Part shown: piece after piece, positions 10,358 through 20,960 of the stretch
Layout: each line of letters opens with the position of its first letter
Numbering within the stretch: position 1 is the stretch's first letter
From: Acidobacteriota bacterium
GTDB lineage: Bacteria > Acidobacteriota > Blastocatellia > Pyrinomonadales > Pyrinomonadaceae
Length of the DNA stretch: 64,000 bases
NCBI GenBank assembly: GCA_020199975.1
Contig: JAIVJP010000284.1
Location: forward strand, 7,749-71,748
Direction of reading: 5' to 3'
Notes under the pieces: model-generated
Database searches by the model: none
The model's input: the letters and a program-made list of their open reading frames with translations, nothing else
What the model was told of the DNA's origin: nothing
Program-made: the position numbers and the translations under genes

Positions 10358-12067
10358 TTACATCCCTTTGTAATCCGGGCCGCCACCACCCTCCGGTGTT
10401 ACCCAGTTAATAATCTGATAGGGATCCATGATGTCGCAGGTCTTGCAATGCACGCAGTTTGAAAAATTGATTTGCAGCTTGCGCTTCCCTTCCGTGCCAT
10501 CGTCGACCATTTCGTAAACCGCGGCCGGACAAAATCTCTGGCAGGGATTTCCATACTCCTCAACGCAACGGGTCGCACAAATATTCAGATCCAGAACGTG
10601 CAGGTGGGCCGGCTGATCTTCGCTGTGCCCAACTGCGGCGTGGTAAACGTCTGTTACTTTATTAAAGGCAATCTTGCCGTCAAAGCGCAGGCCATCGTAG
10701 CGTTGTTCCATGTTGTCACCACGATAGTCGTAAGCTGAGAGCTTCTTCATCGTTTCGTAACCCGGTTCAGCTTTGGCGCGATCAAAGAGTCCCCACGATC
10801 GCCCACCGGTAATGAATTGCAGGCCTGTGTTTGCCAAACCCAACCAGCGGCCGTGTTTGAAGCCGGCATGAAAGTTTCTCACCTTGCGCAACTCTGGAAT
10901 GATCCAACTTTCATTGACCAGCTGTTCGTAACGCTGCAATTGCTGCGCGGAATAGTCGCCCGCCAACAGCGATTCAAAAATAGTCTGCGCGGCCAGCATG
11001 CCGCTTTTAATGGCGGAGTGAATGCCCTTCAATCTTTGCGAGTTAAGAAAGCCGGCGCAGTCGCCCACTAGCAAAACCCCATCGGCATAGATTTGCGGCA
11101 TTGCAAAGTAACCACCGGCGGCGATTGTTTTGGCGCCGTAACGGATCATCTTGCCGCGTTCCAATAATCGACTGACAAAGGGATGTTGTTTGAAGCGCTG
11201 AAACTCGGCGTGCGGATCGAGTAATGGATCCCGGTAGTCGAGACCAGTGACGTAGCCGATGTTCAGAATTCGGTTCTGCATCCCATAAATCCAGCCACCG
11301 CCATAGGTGTGCGAGTCGGACGGAAAGCCAAGTGTGTGCGTTACTCTTCCTGCAGGGTAGCGGTCGTCAGGCAATTCCCATAGTTCCTTGACACCAATGC
11401 TGTAGACCTGGGGCTCGCGGCCGGAGTTAAGATTGAGACGCGCCGTAAGCTGTTTAGTTAACGAGCCGCGCGGTCCTTCGCCCAGCACCGTCACCTTGGC
11501 GCGCAGATCGACGCCGGGCTCGAAGTTTGGTTTACGCTTCCCTTCCTTGTCGATTCCTTTGTCGCCGGTGCGCACGCCCACAACCCGATCGTCTTCATCG
11601 TAAAGAATATCGGCGCCGGGAAACTCAGGAAAAATATTTACGCCTGCCTCTTCGCACTTTTCACCCAGCCAGGCAGTGAGACGATTGAGAGAGACAATGT
11701 AATAACCGTGGTTCTTTAGCGGCGGCGGGGTTACCGGTGAACGAAAGGAATGCCTATTTGTCAGATAAAGGAAGTAGTCTTCTTTTACGGGCGACTCCAG
11801 AGGCGCTCCTTGTTCTACAAAATCCGGAATCAACTCGCGCAAAGCGCGTGGATCCATGACCGCGCCAGACAATATGTGTGCACCGACCGCCGCGCCTTTT
11901 TCGATCACACCAATTTCAATTTCACCCAAAGGTGCGCCGCTGCGTTTACCGCTTTGTACTTCCTCGTTATGAGTCTTGATGAGTTTCGCCAGGTGGAAGG
12001 CACCGCTCAAATTCGCTGGACCAGCGCCGACGAAAACCACATCCATTTCCAGAGTTTCACGTTCCAA
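10358..12067 (-). CDS. electron-transfer flavoprotein:ubiquinone oxidoreductase
   Basis: 569 aa. N-terminal FAD fold VVFVGAGPANLSGA and a C-terminal 4Fe-4S segment (CPAAVYE...CVHCKTCDI) typical of ETF-QO. Confidence 0.9.
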   Translation of the reverse strand: MERETLEMDVVFVGAGPANLSGAFHLAKLIKTHNEEVQSGKRSGAPLGEIEIGVIEKGAAVGAHILSGAVMDPRALRELIPDFVEQGAPLESPVKEDYFLYLTNRHSFRSPVTPPPLKNHGYYIVSLNRLTAWLGEKCEEAGVNIFPEFPGADILYDEDDRVVGVRTGDKGIDKEGKRKPNFEPGVDLRAKVTVLGEGPRGSLTKQLTARLNLNSGREPQVYSIGVKELWELPDDRYPAGRVTHTLGFPSDSHTYGGGWIYGMQNRILNIGYVTGLDYRDPLLDPHAEFQRFKQHPFVSRLLERGKMIRYGAKTIAAGGYFAMPQIYADGVLLVGDCAGFLNSQRLKGIHSAIKSGMLAAQTIFESLLAGDYSAQQLQRYEQLVNESWIIPELRKVRNFHAGFKHGRWLGLANTGLQFITGGRSWGLFDRAKAEPGYETMKKLSAYDYRGDNMEQRYDGLRFDGKIAFNKVTDVYHAAVGHSEDQPAHLHVLDLNICATRCVEEYGNPCQRFCPAAVYEMVDDGTEGKRKLQINFSNCVHCKTCDIMDPYQIINWVTPEGGGGPDYKGM

Positions 12068-12204
12068 ATGATCTGTCCCGTCGCGGAAAATGAATCACCA
12101 TTCAATTAACGGAGTATAGCAAATCACTCATCGGTCATGAAATCCGTTAACTCGGTGTGACGACTGGCTCGCCGGTTCGCGTTCTTCTCCTTGAACTGTA
12201 GAAT

Positions 12205-14316
12205 GTGAACAAATCCAACATAGGAAATCTTGCTTTGACTGAACACGCCCATACAAATCGCCTAATCAACGAGACTAGCCCGTACCTGCTGCAACACTCG
12301 CACAATCCTGTGGCGTGGTTTCCGTGGGGTGAAGAAGCCTTCGCAATCGCGCGCCGCGACCAAAAGCCAGTCCTGCTAAGCATTGGCTACTCTGCCTGCC
12401 ATTGGTGCCATGTGATGGAACACGAGTCGTTTGAAAACGAGGCGATTGCCAAATTGATGAACGACAATTTCGTCAACATAAAAGTCGATCGCGAAGAGCG
12501 CCCGGATTTGGATCAGATTTACATGAACGCGGTGCAAATGATGACGCAACACGGCGGTTGGCCGATGACGGTATTTTTGACTCCGGACGCAGTGCCGTTT
12601 TATGCCGGAACGTATTTTCCGCCGGAGGATCGTTATAACATGCCGGGCTTCCCGCGCGTCTTAATCAGCGTTGCCGATGCCTTTCGCGAACGACATGACG
12701 ATATCGCCGGGACCGCGGAGTCTGTGCTTGCTGAACTAAAGCGCGCCACCGCCCTCGTCGAATCAAACGAAGTTTTGACTAGAGAACTTCTTGATGCCGC
12801 CTACCGGGGAATAATCAAGAATTACGACGCGACGAATGGCGGCTTTGGTGGTGCACCAAAGTTTCCCCCAGCGATGGTGCTCGAGTTTCTTCTTCATACT
12901 GTTTATCGCACCGGAAAGCCGCAGGCGCTGGACATCGTGAAACACACTTGTCGCAAGATGGCCGATGGCGGCATTTACGACCACCTTGGGGGCGGCTTTC
13001 ATCGCTATTCAACCGATGCCCGCTGGTTGGTGCCCCACTTTGAAAAGATGCTTTATGACAATGCTCTCTTGTCGCGCCTGTATCTCCATTACTACCAACT
13101 CACCAAGGAGGATTGGGCCCGTAAAACAGCGGAAGGGATTCTGGATTATGTCGCGCGGGAAATGACCGATCCACGCGGCGGCTTTTACTCCACGCAGGAT
13201 GCAGACTCGGAAGGAGTTGAAGGAAAGTTTTTTATTTGGAGTGTTGCTGAGGTTGAGACTCTGCTGGGGAAGAGAGAAGCGGACCTGTTTGCCGCCTATT
13301 ACAACCTAACGACAGGGGGGAACTTCGAAGGTGCCAATATTCTGAATGTCAAAAGTGATCTGGCCAAGATTGCCGCTCGGGAGACGCTTGACGTTGAGGA
13401 ACTCGCCGCAATGCTTGAAAAGGACCGGCAACTTTTGTTTGCGGCGCGTGAGAAACGCGTGAAACCGGCACGTGACGAAAAAGTGCTGACCGCGTGGAAC
13501 GGATTGATGCTCGCAAGCTTCGCTGAGGCCGGCGCCATTCTCGATCGTCAGGATTACTTCGCGATCGCACAAACGAACGCGCGGTTTGTCTTGGATAATC
13601 TCCGCCGCGATGGCTTATTACTGAGAAGTTACAAGGACGGCGAGGCGAAGCTTAACGCGTACCTGGAAGACTACTCATTCTTTATCGACGGGTTACTAAC
13701 GTTGTTCGAAACCACTGGTGAACTCGAGTGGTTTATCGAAGCGCGCAATCTTTGCGAGATCATGATCGCTGAATTTTGGGACGACCAGAACGGGGGTTTC
13801 TTCTTTACTGGTGATAGTCACGAACAATTGATTGTTCGCGCCAAGGACTTTTTTGATAATGCGACTCCATCCGGAAACTCAGTGGCGGCTGAGGTCCTGT
13901 TGCGCCTTGGCACTCTGACTAATAATCAGGACTACCAGCGGCGGGCGACTACTATTCTTCGTCTTACCAGCACCGGCATGTCTCGCTATCCATCAGGCTT
14001 TGGACGGTTACTTTGCGCGCTGGATTTTTATCTTGATAAGCCGAAAGAAATTGCACTCCTTGGTGCCAGCGACGCCCCTCAGACCATTTCCCTTTCACGC
14101 GAGATTTGGTCCCGCTATTTGCCTAACAAAGTCGTGGCGGCTGCCCGATCCGAAGACGAAGAAGCCGCAAGCGCTATCCCGTTGCTTGAGGGTAAGGGGG
14201 AACTGAACGGCCGCCCCACAGCCTATGTTTGTGAAGACTTTACGTGCAAAACCCCAGTCACCACTCACGCGGCGCTCGCCGCCCTGTTGGACCGAAATCT
14301 TGCTACTGCATCGTAG
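12205..14316 (+). CDS. thioredoxin-domain protein, YyaL/DUF255 type with (alpha/alpha)6 barrel
   Basis: 703 aa with [18 protein letters not shown] and [13 protein letters not shown] motifs. The GTG start at 12205 is uncertain. Confidence 0.85.
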   Translation: MNKSNIGNLALTEHAHTNRLINETSPYLLQHSHNPVAWFPWGEEAFAIARRDQKPVLLSIGYSACHWCHVMEHESFENEAIAKLMNDNFVNIKVDREERPDLDQIYMNAVQMMTQHGGWPMTVFLTPDAVPFYAGTYFPPEDRYNMPGFPRVLISVADAFRERHDDIAGTAESVLAELKRATALVESNEVLTRELLDAAYRGIIKNYDATNGGFGGAPKFPPAMVLEFLLHTVYRTGKPQALDIVKHTCRKMADGGIYDHLGGGFHRYSTDARWLVPHFEKMLYDNALLSRLYLHYYQLTKEDWARKTAEGILDYVAREMTDPRGGFYSTQDADSEGVEGKFFIWSVAEVETLLGKREADLFAAYYNLTTGGNFEGANILNVKSDLAKIAARETLDVEELAAMLEKDRQLLFAAREKRVKPARDEKVLTAWNGLMLASFAEAGAILDRQDYFAIAQTNARFVLDNLRRDGLLLRSYKDGEAKLNAYLEDYSFFIDGLLTLFETTGELEWFIEARNLCEIMIAEFWDDQNGGFFFTGDSHEQLIVRAKDFFDNATPSGNSVAAEVLLRLGTLTNNQDYQRRATTILRLTSTGMSRYPSGFGRLLCALDFYLDKPKEIALLGASDAPQTISLSREIWSRYLPNKVVAAARSEDEEAASAIPLLEGKGELNGRPTAYVCEDFTCKTPVTTHAALAALLDRNLATAS

Positions 14317-14360
14317 ACCGTAATTTCGCCCTCATTTGACCGCAAAATCAGCAATTCTTA

Positions 14361-14389
14361 TTGACTCAACCGCCTGACTGGTTTATCTT
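14361..14389 (+). promoter_or_regulatory. sigma70-like promoter candidate upstream of the c-di-GMP signalling gene
   Basis: TTGACT (14361-14366), a 17-nt spacer, then TATCTT (14384-14389). Confidence 0.35.
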
Positions 14390-14396
14390 TACAGTC

Positions 14397-14415
14397 TGCC
14401 AAACATTGTTTGGCA
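14397..14415. promoter_or_regulatory. operator-like palindrome TGCCAAACattGTTTGGCA
   Basis: Perfect 8-bp inverted repeat with a 3-nt centre, just downstream of the -10 candidate. Confidence 0.35.
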
Positions 14416-14517
14416 CTCCAAATAAGCCGACGGTCACAGATTCTCCGGCTCCGTCGCCGCTAAACAAACTCAAAATCCGACTCCCTTCGCCCGGGTACTC
14501 CGTCCCGCCAAACCACT

Positions 14518-17067
14518 ATGATTATCCCAAGGAACTGGAAAAGCGCGTTGCTGTTAGGCAGCATCTCAGCTTTAAGTGTGCTGCTGTTATTTTCCGCATT
14601 GATTTCGACAGTTAAACTTCCCTTTCTTAGCCGCGCCGGACTATTCTCCTGGTTGGTCCTCCTGGCACTCACGGTTGTTGCTAGTCGCTTTACTGTTTCC
14701 ATAACGACCACTCTTGGCGCGCACCAAAGCCGCAAGTCGGTCGCCGATGCGCTGGTCTTTCTTGCGGTCATTCTCTATGCGGTCCCTCCGGCCGACACTG
14801 CCGGTCCGGCGACCTTGCTTGCTGCGATAGTCGCCTTCGTATCGACCTATGGTTTGACTAACCGCCGAGAATCAATCGCTACCACCGCAATTGCGGTTAT
14901 CTCCACTTTCCTGTCGGCTTCGTGCTACGGATTTCTCGCCACAGTATTCGCCGACGACCTATCAAAAAGCTCAGCTCAGGGTTTGCCGGTAAGTGTCTTC
15001 CTGGTGCCCCTCTGCGTACTGGCAGTGCTGCAATATCTCTTCAGCACGCTGGCTACAGTTCATTTTCTAAATCTACTCGATGATAACCCGCGTGTGCTTC
15101 CCTCACAGGAGAGTCTTGTTTGGACGTTAACGACCCAAGTTGCGGGCGCAGCTTCAGCGGTCCTGTTTTATTCAGCTCTTACTGGTGGCGGGTTTGCTTT
15201 TATCCTGTTGGGCCTCTTGATCACGGCTATGGTCCACCTGCTGTATCGCTTCAACGAAAAGCGGTTGAACGAAGTGCGACGAGCGGAAGCCGAAAATCGC
15301 CGACACGTCGAAGAGATGGCGAACATTCACATGAATACCATCGAGTCGCTGGCGATTGCGATAGATGCGAAAGATCAGACCACTCATGGCCACGTGCGAC
15401 GCACCCAAATTTACGCGTCCGAGATGGGTAAGCTTTGCAAAGTGGACGGCCCGGAATTACAGGCACTTTTCGCCGGCGCGCTTTTGCACGACATCGGCAA
15501 GCTCGCCGTGCCTGAATACATTCTTAATAAGCCAGGCAAGCTTACCGAAGCCGAATTTGCCAAGATGAAAATTCACCCGACCGTTGGTGGTGACATCCTG
15601 CGGCGTGTGAACTTTCCGTATCCGGTTGAAGACATTGTTCGGTACCACCACGAAAAGTGGGACGGCAGCGGCTACCCGAAAGGTCTCAAGGGCGAGGCGA
15701 TTCCACTGGTTGCCAGAATCATTTCAGTGGTCGACTTTTACGATGCCACTCGATGCGACCGACCTTATCGCAAAGGTATGAAACGTGAAGACTCGCTTGG
15801 CCTGCTAAGAGGCATGGCTGGGAGCGCGTTCGATCCGCGCGTGGTGGACAAGTTTATCGAGCACGTTGAGAAATTCGACCGGCTAATCGATGCTGAAGAT
15901 ATTCAGGAACAAGTGCCCGCCGAAACAGCGGCGCATGACCATGACTATGAGACGAAGACGAAACCAGACGCGGGTTTGGCGTCTAACCTGGTGGGAACGG
16001 CTGACGACGACCAGGCTGGATTTCGGTCAATTACGGAAGCACAGCGCGAAGTATTTGCCCTCCACGAGATCGCCCAGACAATCGGTTCGTCTCTAAACCT
16101 TAACGATACCGTTACGCTTATTTCCAACAAGTTGCGCGCGATTGTGCCGTTTGATACATGCATCATATTTGTTGTTGACGAGAAATCAGGGAAGGCCGTG
16201 GCGGCACACGTAGTGGGCGAGGACGCTCCAGCCTTTGCCCAACGACGCATGAACGTCGGCGACGGTATTACCGGCTGGGTCATAGCAAACGCGCGGTCTA
16301 TGTGTAATGCGTCACCTGAACTGGATCTGGTAGGCGTCTCCGAAGAATTATCAAAGAGTTACAAAGGTGTGCTGGTGTCGCCTCTGCTGCGTGAAGACGG
16401 CGCATTCGGCGCGCTCACTCTATACTCGAAGAGCCGCACCTCATACACAACCGAACACGTCAGGCTTTTGGAATCTGTTTGTCAGCACGCCTCGACCGCA
16501 CTCAATAACGCCCTGACCTTCGAGAAGACGAAGGAAAGTGCTCTGGTCGATTCGCTGACTAACCTTCCAAACGCGCGTGCTTTTTACATGATGCTGGAGC
16601 AGCGACTGGCCGAATGTCAGCGCATGAGTAATGAGTCGCTTGCCGTTTTGAGCATGGACTTGGATGACTTCAAGGCGATTAATGACCAGTATGGACACGC
16701 CATCGGCGATCGGGTGCTGGCGAGCATCGCCGCTGTCATGCGCAAAGAGTTAAGGCAAATGGATATTCTCACCCGCTATGCGGGCGATGAATTTGTAGCC
16801 ATCATGCCGATGGCGTCCAGCAGCATGGCCCAGTCGGTGTGCGAGCGTATGCGCAGTGCTGTAGAGACTCAAAAGTTTTCGGTGCGCCCTGGCACCGTTG
16901 TTCACGTCGGCATTAGCATGGGGATCGCTTGCTTCCCCGATCAAGGCGGGACTACGGAAGAATTGTTGACCGCAGCCGCTCGAAAAATGCAAACCGATAA
17001 GCATGCGCGCAAGACAGTGATAACTCTTGCTAACATGCCGGTCAGCAACCTTGACGCAATGCGTTAG
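14518..17067 (+). CDS. membrane-bound HD-GYP / GAF / GGDEF (AGDEF) c-di-GMP signalling protein
   Basis: 849 aa with about 7 N-terminal TM helices. HD-GYP motifs HDIGK and HHEKWDGSGYP, then a GAF-like region. The diguanylate cyclase domain carries RYAGDEF, with RQMD (RxxD) five residues upstream. Confidence 0.9.
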   Translation: MIIPRNWKSALLLGSISALSVLLLFSALISTVKLPFLSRAGLFSWLVLLALTVVASRFTVSITTTLGAHQSRKSVADALVFLAVILYAVPPADTAGPATLLAAIVAFVSTYGLTNRRESIATTAIAVISTFLSASCYGFLATVFADDLSKSSAQGLPVSVFLVPLCVLAVLQYLFSTLATVHFLNLLDDNPRVLPSQESLVWTLTTQVAGAASAVLFYSALTGGGFAFILLGLLITAMVHLLYRFNEKRLNEVRRAEAENRRHVEEMANIHMNTIESLAIAIDAKDQTTHGHVRRTQIYASEMGKLCKVDGPELQALFAGALLHDIGKLAVPEYILNKPGKLTEAEFAKMKIHPTVGGDILRRVNFPYPVEDIVRYHHEKWDGSGYPKGLKGEAIPLVARIISVVDFYDATRCDRPYRKGMKREDSLGLLRGMAGSAFDPRVVDKFIEHVEKFDRLIDAEDIQEQVPAETAAHDHDYETKTKPDAGLASNLVGTADDDQAGFRSITEAQREVFALHEIAQTIGSSLNLNDTVTLISNKLRAIVPFDTCIIFVVDEKSGKAVAAHVVGEDAPAFAQRRMNVGDGITGWVIANARSMCNASPELDLVGVSEELSKSYKGVLVSPLLREDGAFGALTLYSKSRTSYTTEHVRLLESVCQHASTALNNALTFEKTKESALVDSLTNLPNARAFYMMLEQRLAECQRMSNESLAVLSMDLDDFKAINDQYGHAIGDRVLASIAAVMRKELRQMDILTRYAGDEFVAIMPMASSSMAQSVCERMRSAVETQKFSVRPGTVVHVGISMGIACFPDQGGTTEELLTAAARKMQTDKHARKTVITLANMPVSNLDAMR

Positions 17068-17092
17068 CTCGAAAGGACACTAGTAGAAGCTT

Positions 17093-17124
17093 GGCACGTT
17101 GCGCGCGCGACGTGCCTTTTTTTT
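17093..17124 (+). terminator. rho-independent terminator
   Basis: GGCACGT-loop-ACGTGCC followed by a T8 run, directly after the 17067 stop. Confidence 0.75.
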
Positions 17125-17131
17125 GGTAGTT

Positions 17132-17160
17132 TTGCGCGCTCTGACGGCCTCGCGTATAAT
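17132..17160 (+). promoter_or_regulatory. sigma70-like promoter candidate for the pdh operon
   Basis: TTGCGC, a 17-nt spacer, then a perfect TATAAT (17155-17160). A hairpin AGCCGCC-gtaatt-GGCGGCT follows in the leader. Confidence 0.4.
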
Positions 17161-17235
17161 CCACATCTCCTATACGCGCTTATTGAGCCGCCGTAATTGG
17201 CGGCTACTCAGTCATAGGCGATTAGTATCCGATCA

Positions 17236-18387
17236 GTGGCAAAGTCAACCCAGGATATGAGAAAGCGAACGCCAGAGCCTACACGTGTCGGCGCTGAGGA
17301 TACCAGCGCGACTGGATTAATGGACCAGGACTCGGCGGAAGACGCCGACGCCCGTCTTGATCCCGCTGAGGCTGAGGCTTTGAAAGCTGCTCAGAAAAGC
17401 CGCTTTGCCGAACTTGATCGCGCGACACTTCAAAGTATTTACCGCCAGATGCTGCTGGCGCGACGCTTCGAAGAGAAATCTGCTGAAGCTTATAGCACCG
17501 GCAAAATCGGTGGCTTTTGCCACCTCTACATTGGGCAGGAAGCGGTTGCAATTGGCGCCATTTCTGCCATCGGCAAGGATGATTATGTGTTGACTAGCTA
17601 TCGCGAACACGCGCACGCGATTGCGAAGGGAATGTCTCCGGATTCGGTGATGGCCGAACTTTATGGGAAGGCCGGCGGCTGCTCTCACGGTAAGGGTGGC
17701 TCGATGCACATGTTCGACAAGGAAGTAAATTTCCTTGGCGGCCACGCCATCGTGGGCGGGCAAATTCCTTTAGCTACCGGCGTCGCCTTTGCAACGAAAT
17801 ACAAAGAAACCGATCAGGTAACACTTTGCTTCTTTGGCGAGGCCGCAGTGAATCAGGGCGCATTTCACGAATCGCTGAACATGGCCCAACTCTGGAAACT
17901 GCCTTGCATCTATATCTGCGAAAATAACCAGTACGGAATGGGCACTTCGCTGGAGCGCGCGATGTCCTTGCAGGATATTTCGCAAAAGGCGTGCGCTTAC
18001 GAAATAGCTTCGGAATTTGTTGACGGCATGGATGTGTTGGCTGTGCGAGAAGCCACCCTCAGAGCTGTTGAGCGAGCGCGGAAAAATTATTTGCCCACGC
18101 TGCTGGAAGTTCGCACCTATCGGTTCATGGGCCACTCAATGTCTGACCCGGGAAACTATCGAACGCGTGCCGAGATTGAACGTCATCAGGAGCGGGACCC
18201 GCTTAAGCTTTACTCGGCGAGCTTGAAAGAGGAAGGCGTGCTCAGCGACTCGGAATTGCAAAAGATCGACGATGAAGTGCGTGCCCAAGTCGAGCAGGCC
18301 GTTCGCTTCGCCGAGGAAAGTCCACAACCGGCGCCCGAAGAGTTGTTCACGGATATTTACGCTGATCCTATACAGGCAAACGAATAG
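17236..18387 (+). CDS. pdhA: pyruvate dehydrogenase E1 component, alpha subunit
   Basis: 383 aa with an acidic N-terminal extension and a ThDP-dependent E1-alpha core (GFCHLYIGQEAV, GGHAIVGGQIPLATG). Confidence 0.85.
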   Translation: MAKSTQDMRKRTPEPTRVGAEDTSATGLMDQDSAEDADARLDPAEAEALKAAQKSRFAELDRATLQSIYRQMLLARRFEEKSAEAYSTGKIGGFCHLYIGQEAVAIGAISAIGKDDYVLTSYREHAHAIAKGMSPDSVMAELYGKAGGCSHGKGGSMHMFDKEVNFLGGHAIVGGQIPLATGVAFATKYKETDQVTLCFFGEAAVNQGAFHESLNMAQLWKLPCIYICENNQYGMGTSLERAMSLQDISQKACAYEIASEFVDGMDVLAVREATLRAVERARKNYLPTLLEVRTYRFMGHSMSDPGNYRTRAEIERHQERDPLKLYSASLKEEGVLSDSELQKIDDEVRAQVEQAVRFAEESPQPAPEELFTDIYADPIQANE

Positions 18388-18421
18388 GGTTAGTCCTGAC
18401 AAGCAAACAGGAAACAGTTCA

Positions 18422-19405
18422 ATGGCCATAGTAACCATGCGCGAGGCGCTCAATCAGGCGATTCGAGAAGAGATGCAGCGCGACGAAAATGTGTTTTTGA
18501 TGGGCGAAGAAGTTGGCGCCTATCAGGGCGCTTACAAAGTTACTAAGGGCCTGCTCGAAGAATTAGGGCCAAAACGGGTCATCGATAGTCCCATTACAGA
18601 ACTTGGTTTTGCCGGTCTTGGGGTGGGCGCGGCGATGGTGGGTTTGCGGCCAATCATCGAGTTTATGACTTTTAACTTCTCGATATTGGCGACCGACCAG
18701 ATCATCAACTCAGCCGCCAAGATGCTTTACATGTCGGGAGGGCAGTTTAATATTCCCATTGTTTTCCGGGGGCCGGGTGGTTCAGCATTTCAAGTTTCAT
18801 CACAGCATTCACAAGCGCTCGAGTCGTGGTTTGCTTATTTTCCCGGCTTAAAAGTCGTCATGCCGTCAACACCTGCAGATGCTAAGGGTCTGTTGAAATC
18901 ATCTGTTCGCGACAACGACCCGGTCATTTTTATCGAGCAGGAGAGGATGTACGGCAGCAAGGGCGAGGTTTCAGACGATCCTGAGCTCACAATTCCCCTG
19001 GGCGTGGCGGACATCAAACGCGAAGGAAAAGATGTCACGATCGTCGCGCGATCCCTGATGGTGCCTGTCGCCTTAAAGGCGGCAGATTTGCTGGAGAAAG
19101 ACGGCGTCTCATGTGAAGTGATTGACCCGCGAACGATTCGACCGCTGGACATCAAAACGATCATCGAGTCAGTCAAGAAAACCAATCGAGTCGTGGTTGC
19201 CGAAGAGTCGCATCCGTTCTGCGGCGTAGCGGCAGAGATTGCATCGGAAATTATGGAGCGGGCTTTTGATTATCTTGATGCTCCAGTCAAGCGCCTGTCT
19301 GGCGCTGACGTGCCGATGCCTTACGCCAAGAATCTCGAGGACGCCGCGATACCAAACGTCGACCAACTGGTCGCAGCGGTTAAAGAAGTCGCCTATATCG
19401 AGTAA
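18422..19405 (+). CDS. pdhB: pyruvate dehydrogenase E1 component, beta subunit
   Basis: The conserved N-terminus MAIVTMREALNQAIREEM starts at ATG 18422. The ORF-track start at 18272 overlaps the end of pdhA and is an artefactual extension. Confidence 0.9.
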   Translation: MAIVTMREALNQAIREEMQRDENVFLMGEEVGAYQGAYKVTKGLLEELGPKRVIDSPITELGFAGLGVGAAMVGLRPIIEFMTFNFSILATDQIINSAAKMLYMSGGQFNIPIVFRGPGGSAFQVSSQHSQALESWFAYFPGLKVVMPSTPADAKGLLKSSVRDNDPVIFIEQERMYGSKGEVSDDPELTIPLGVADIKREGKDVTIVARSLMVPVALKAADLLEKDGVSCEVIDPRTIRPLDIKTIIESVKKTNRVVVAEESHPFCGVAAEIASEIMERAFDYLDAPVKRLSGADVPMPYAKNLEDAAIPNVDQLVAAVKEVAYIE

Positions 19406-19531
19406 ATCGCGAATCGTAAATCGTAAATAGAAGTCTTATTGAAAAACAGTTTCACTCGTCGAGTGATTTCCATTTACGATTTACCATTTCCCATTTACTT
19501 CTATCTACGATTCACGGTTTACGATTCACGA
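19404..19531. repeat. paired-heptamer hairpin element (AATCGTA / TACGATT arms, with CCATTTA-type units)
   Basis: Left arm GAATCGTAAATCGTAAATAGAAGT; right arm ACTTCTATCTACGATTCACGGTTTACGATTC. An inner TCACTC-gtc-GAGTGA hairpin is present. The element fills the pdhB-pdhC spacer. Confidence 0.8.
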
Positions 19532-19538
19532 GGATTGA

Positions 19539-20870
19539 ATGGCAACTCAGGTAATCATGCCCAAGCTTTCTCCGACCATGGAGGAGGGCCAACTTTCGCG
19601 CTGGCTTAAGAAAGAGGGCGACAAGGTTTCGATGGGCGAGCCCTTGGCCGAAATTGATACCGACAAAGCAACAATGGAAATGCAGGCGCTCGGTAACGGC
19701 GTGCTGCGCAAGATTTTAATCCAGGAAGGTGAATCCGCGCCGTTGGGCCAGTTGATTGCCATCATCGGCGAACCTGACGAGGACATCTCGGCGCTCACTA
19801 GCCAGGCACCCGCGAGTGCACCTGCGAAAGCTGACGCTCCCGTCGCCGAAAAGCCTGCGGAACAGAAGGAATCCGAGGAACCAAAACCTGCGAAGCCTGG
19901 CGAAATTGAGGCACCTGCCGGCGGGAACGGTCGCCAGGCCCAGGCGCCGGTGGCGCAACCGACTACCGGGCGTCTGATCGTTTCCCCGTTGGCCGCACGC
20001 ATGGCAGCAGAATCGGGCATCGATCTGCGTTCAGTAAATGGTAGCGGGCCCGGTGGCAGGATTATCAAGCGCGACGTCGAAGGTTTGCTTAGCCAGCAGC
20101 AGCCGACCGCGCCCGTTGGCGCCACAAAACAAACGCACCTGCGAGCAGTTGGCAGCCCCGCGCAAAAGTCCGACATAGCTACGGCGTCCGCTTATCACGA
20201 TGAGCCAGCGAGCGAGATGCGTCGCACCATCGCCAAGCGTTTGGTAACTTCACTTGGTCCAGTTCCCCACTTTTTCCTGACCACCGAGATCGAAATGGAT
20301 CGCGCTGCGGATATGCGTAGCGGCATCAATGCGCTCGATCCCGAGCTCAAGATCAGCGTCAACGACATTATTATTAAAGTGGCCGCCGCCGCACTCATGC
20401 AGCATCCGCAGGTTAATGCTTCTTTTCAGGACAAGGTGGTCCGCTACTACGAGCACGCCGACATTGGCGTGGCAGTTGCGATTGAAGAAGGCTTGATTAC
20501 GCCAATCATCCGCGCTGCAGATCAAAAGTCGTTGAGCGAGATTGCGCGCGAGGTGCGCGAACTAGCCGGGCGGGCGCGGGAACGCAAGCTGAAGCCCGAA
20601 GAATATGTGGGCGCTACCTTTTCGATTAGTAATCTCGGGATGTTTGGCATTGATGAATTCACGGCCGTGATCAATCCGCCCGAGGGAGCGATTATGGCCG
20701 TCGGCGCCATGTCTCCAAAGCCCGTTGTTCGCGATAATGAGATAGTAGTACGTCAGATGATGCGGGTGACGATGTCCTGCGACCATCGCGTGATCGACGG
20801 GGCCAGTGGCGCCAAGTTTTTGCAGACTTTTAAGAAGATTCTCGAGAACCCGCTGTTTCTGGTTGTTTGA
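19539..20870 (+). CDS. pdhC: dihydrolipoamide acetyltransferase (PDH E2)
   Basis: 443 aa. One lipoyl domain (IMPKLSPTMEEGQLSRW...DKATME), an Ala/Pro linker, an E3-binding domain, and a catalytic domain with DHRVIDGA. Confidence 0.9.
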   Translation: MATQVIMPKLSPTMEEGQLSRWLKKEGDKVSMGEPLAEIDTDKATMEMQALGNGVLRKILIQEGESAPLGQLIAIIGEPDEDISALTSQAPASAPAKADAPVAEKPAEQKESEEPKPAKPGEIEAPAGGNGRQAQAPVAQPTTGRLIVSPLAARMAAESGIDLRSVNGSGPGGRIIKRDVEGLLSQQQPTAPVGATKQTHLRAVGSPAQKSDIATASAYHDEPASEMRRTIAKRLVTSLGPVPHFFLTTEIEMDRAADMRSGINALDPELKISVNDIIIKVAAAALMQHPQVNASFQDKVVRYYEHADIGVAVAIEEGLITPIIRAADQKSLSEIAREVRELAGRARERKLKPEEYVGATFSISNLGMFGIDEFTAVINPPEGAIMAVGAMSPKPVVRDNEIVVRQMMRVTMSCDHRVIDGASGAKFLQTFKKILENPLFLVV

Positions 20871-20896
20871 GGCTGTGAGCAGCGCGGACTTAACAG

Positions 20897-20924
20897 GGGA
20901 TCGGGGCAACCCGATCCTTTTTGT
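20897..20924 (+). terminator. rho-independent terminator after pdhC
   Basis: GGGGATCGGGG-caa-CCCGATCC followed by TTTTT. Confidence 0.75.
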
Positions 20925-20960
20925 TGTAGTACAGGCTTTAAGAACAGATGAGTATAGTTC

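Noticed and set aside
18272-18421. 50-codon N-terminal extension of pdhB in the ORF track
   Set aside because: It overlaps the end of pdhA in another frame. The conserved E1-beta N-terminus begins at the ATG at 18422.
19547-20176. 209-aa minus-strand ORF inside pdhC
   Set aside because: It is antisense to the lipoyl and linker region of a clearly recognisable E2 gene, and no motif is present.
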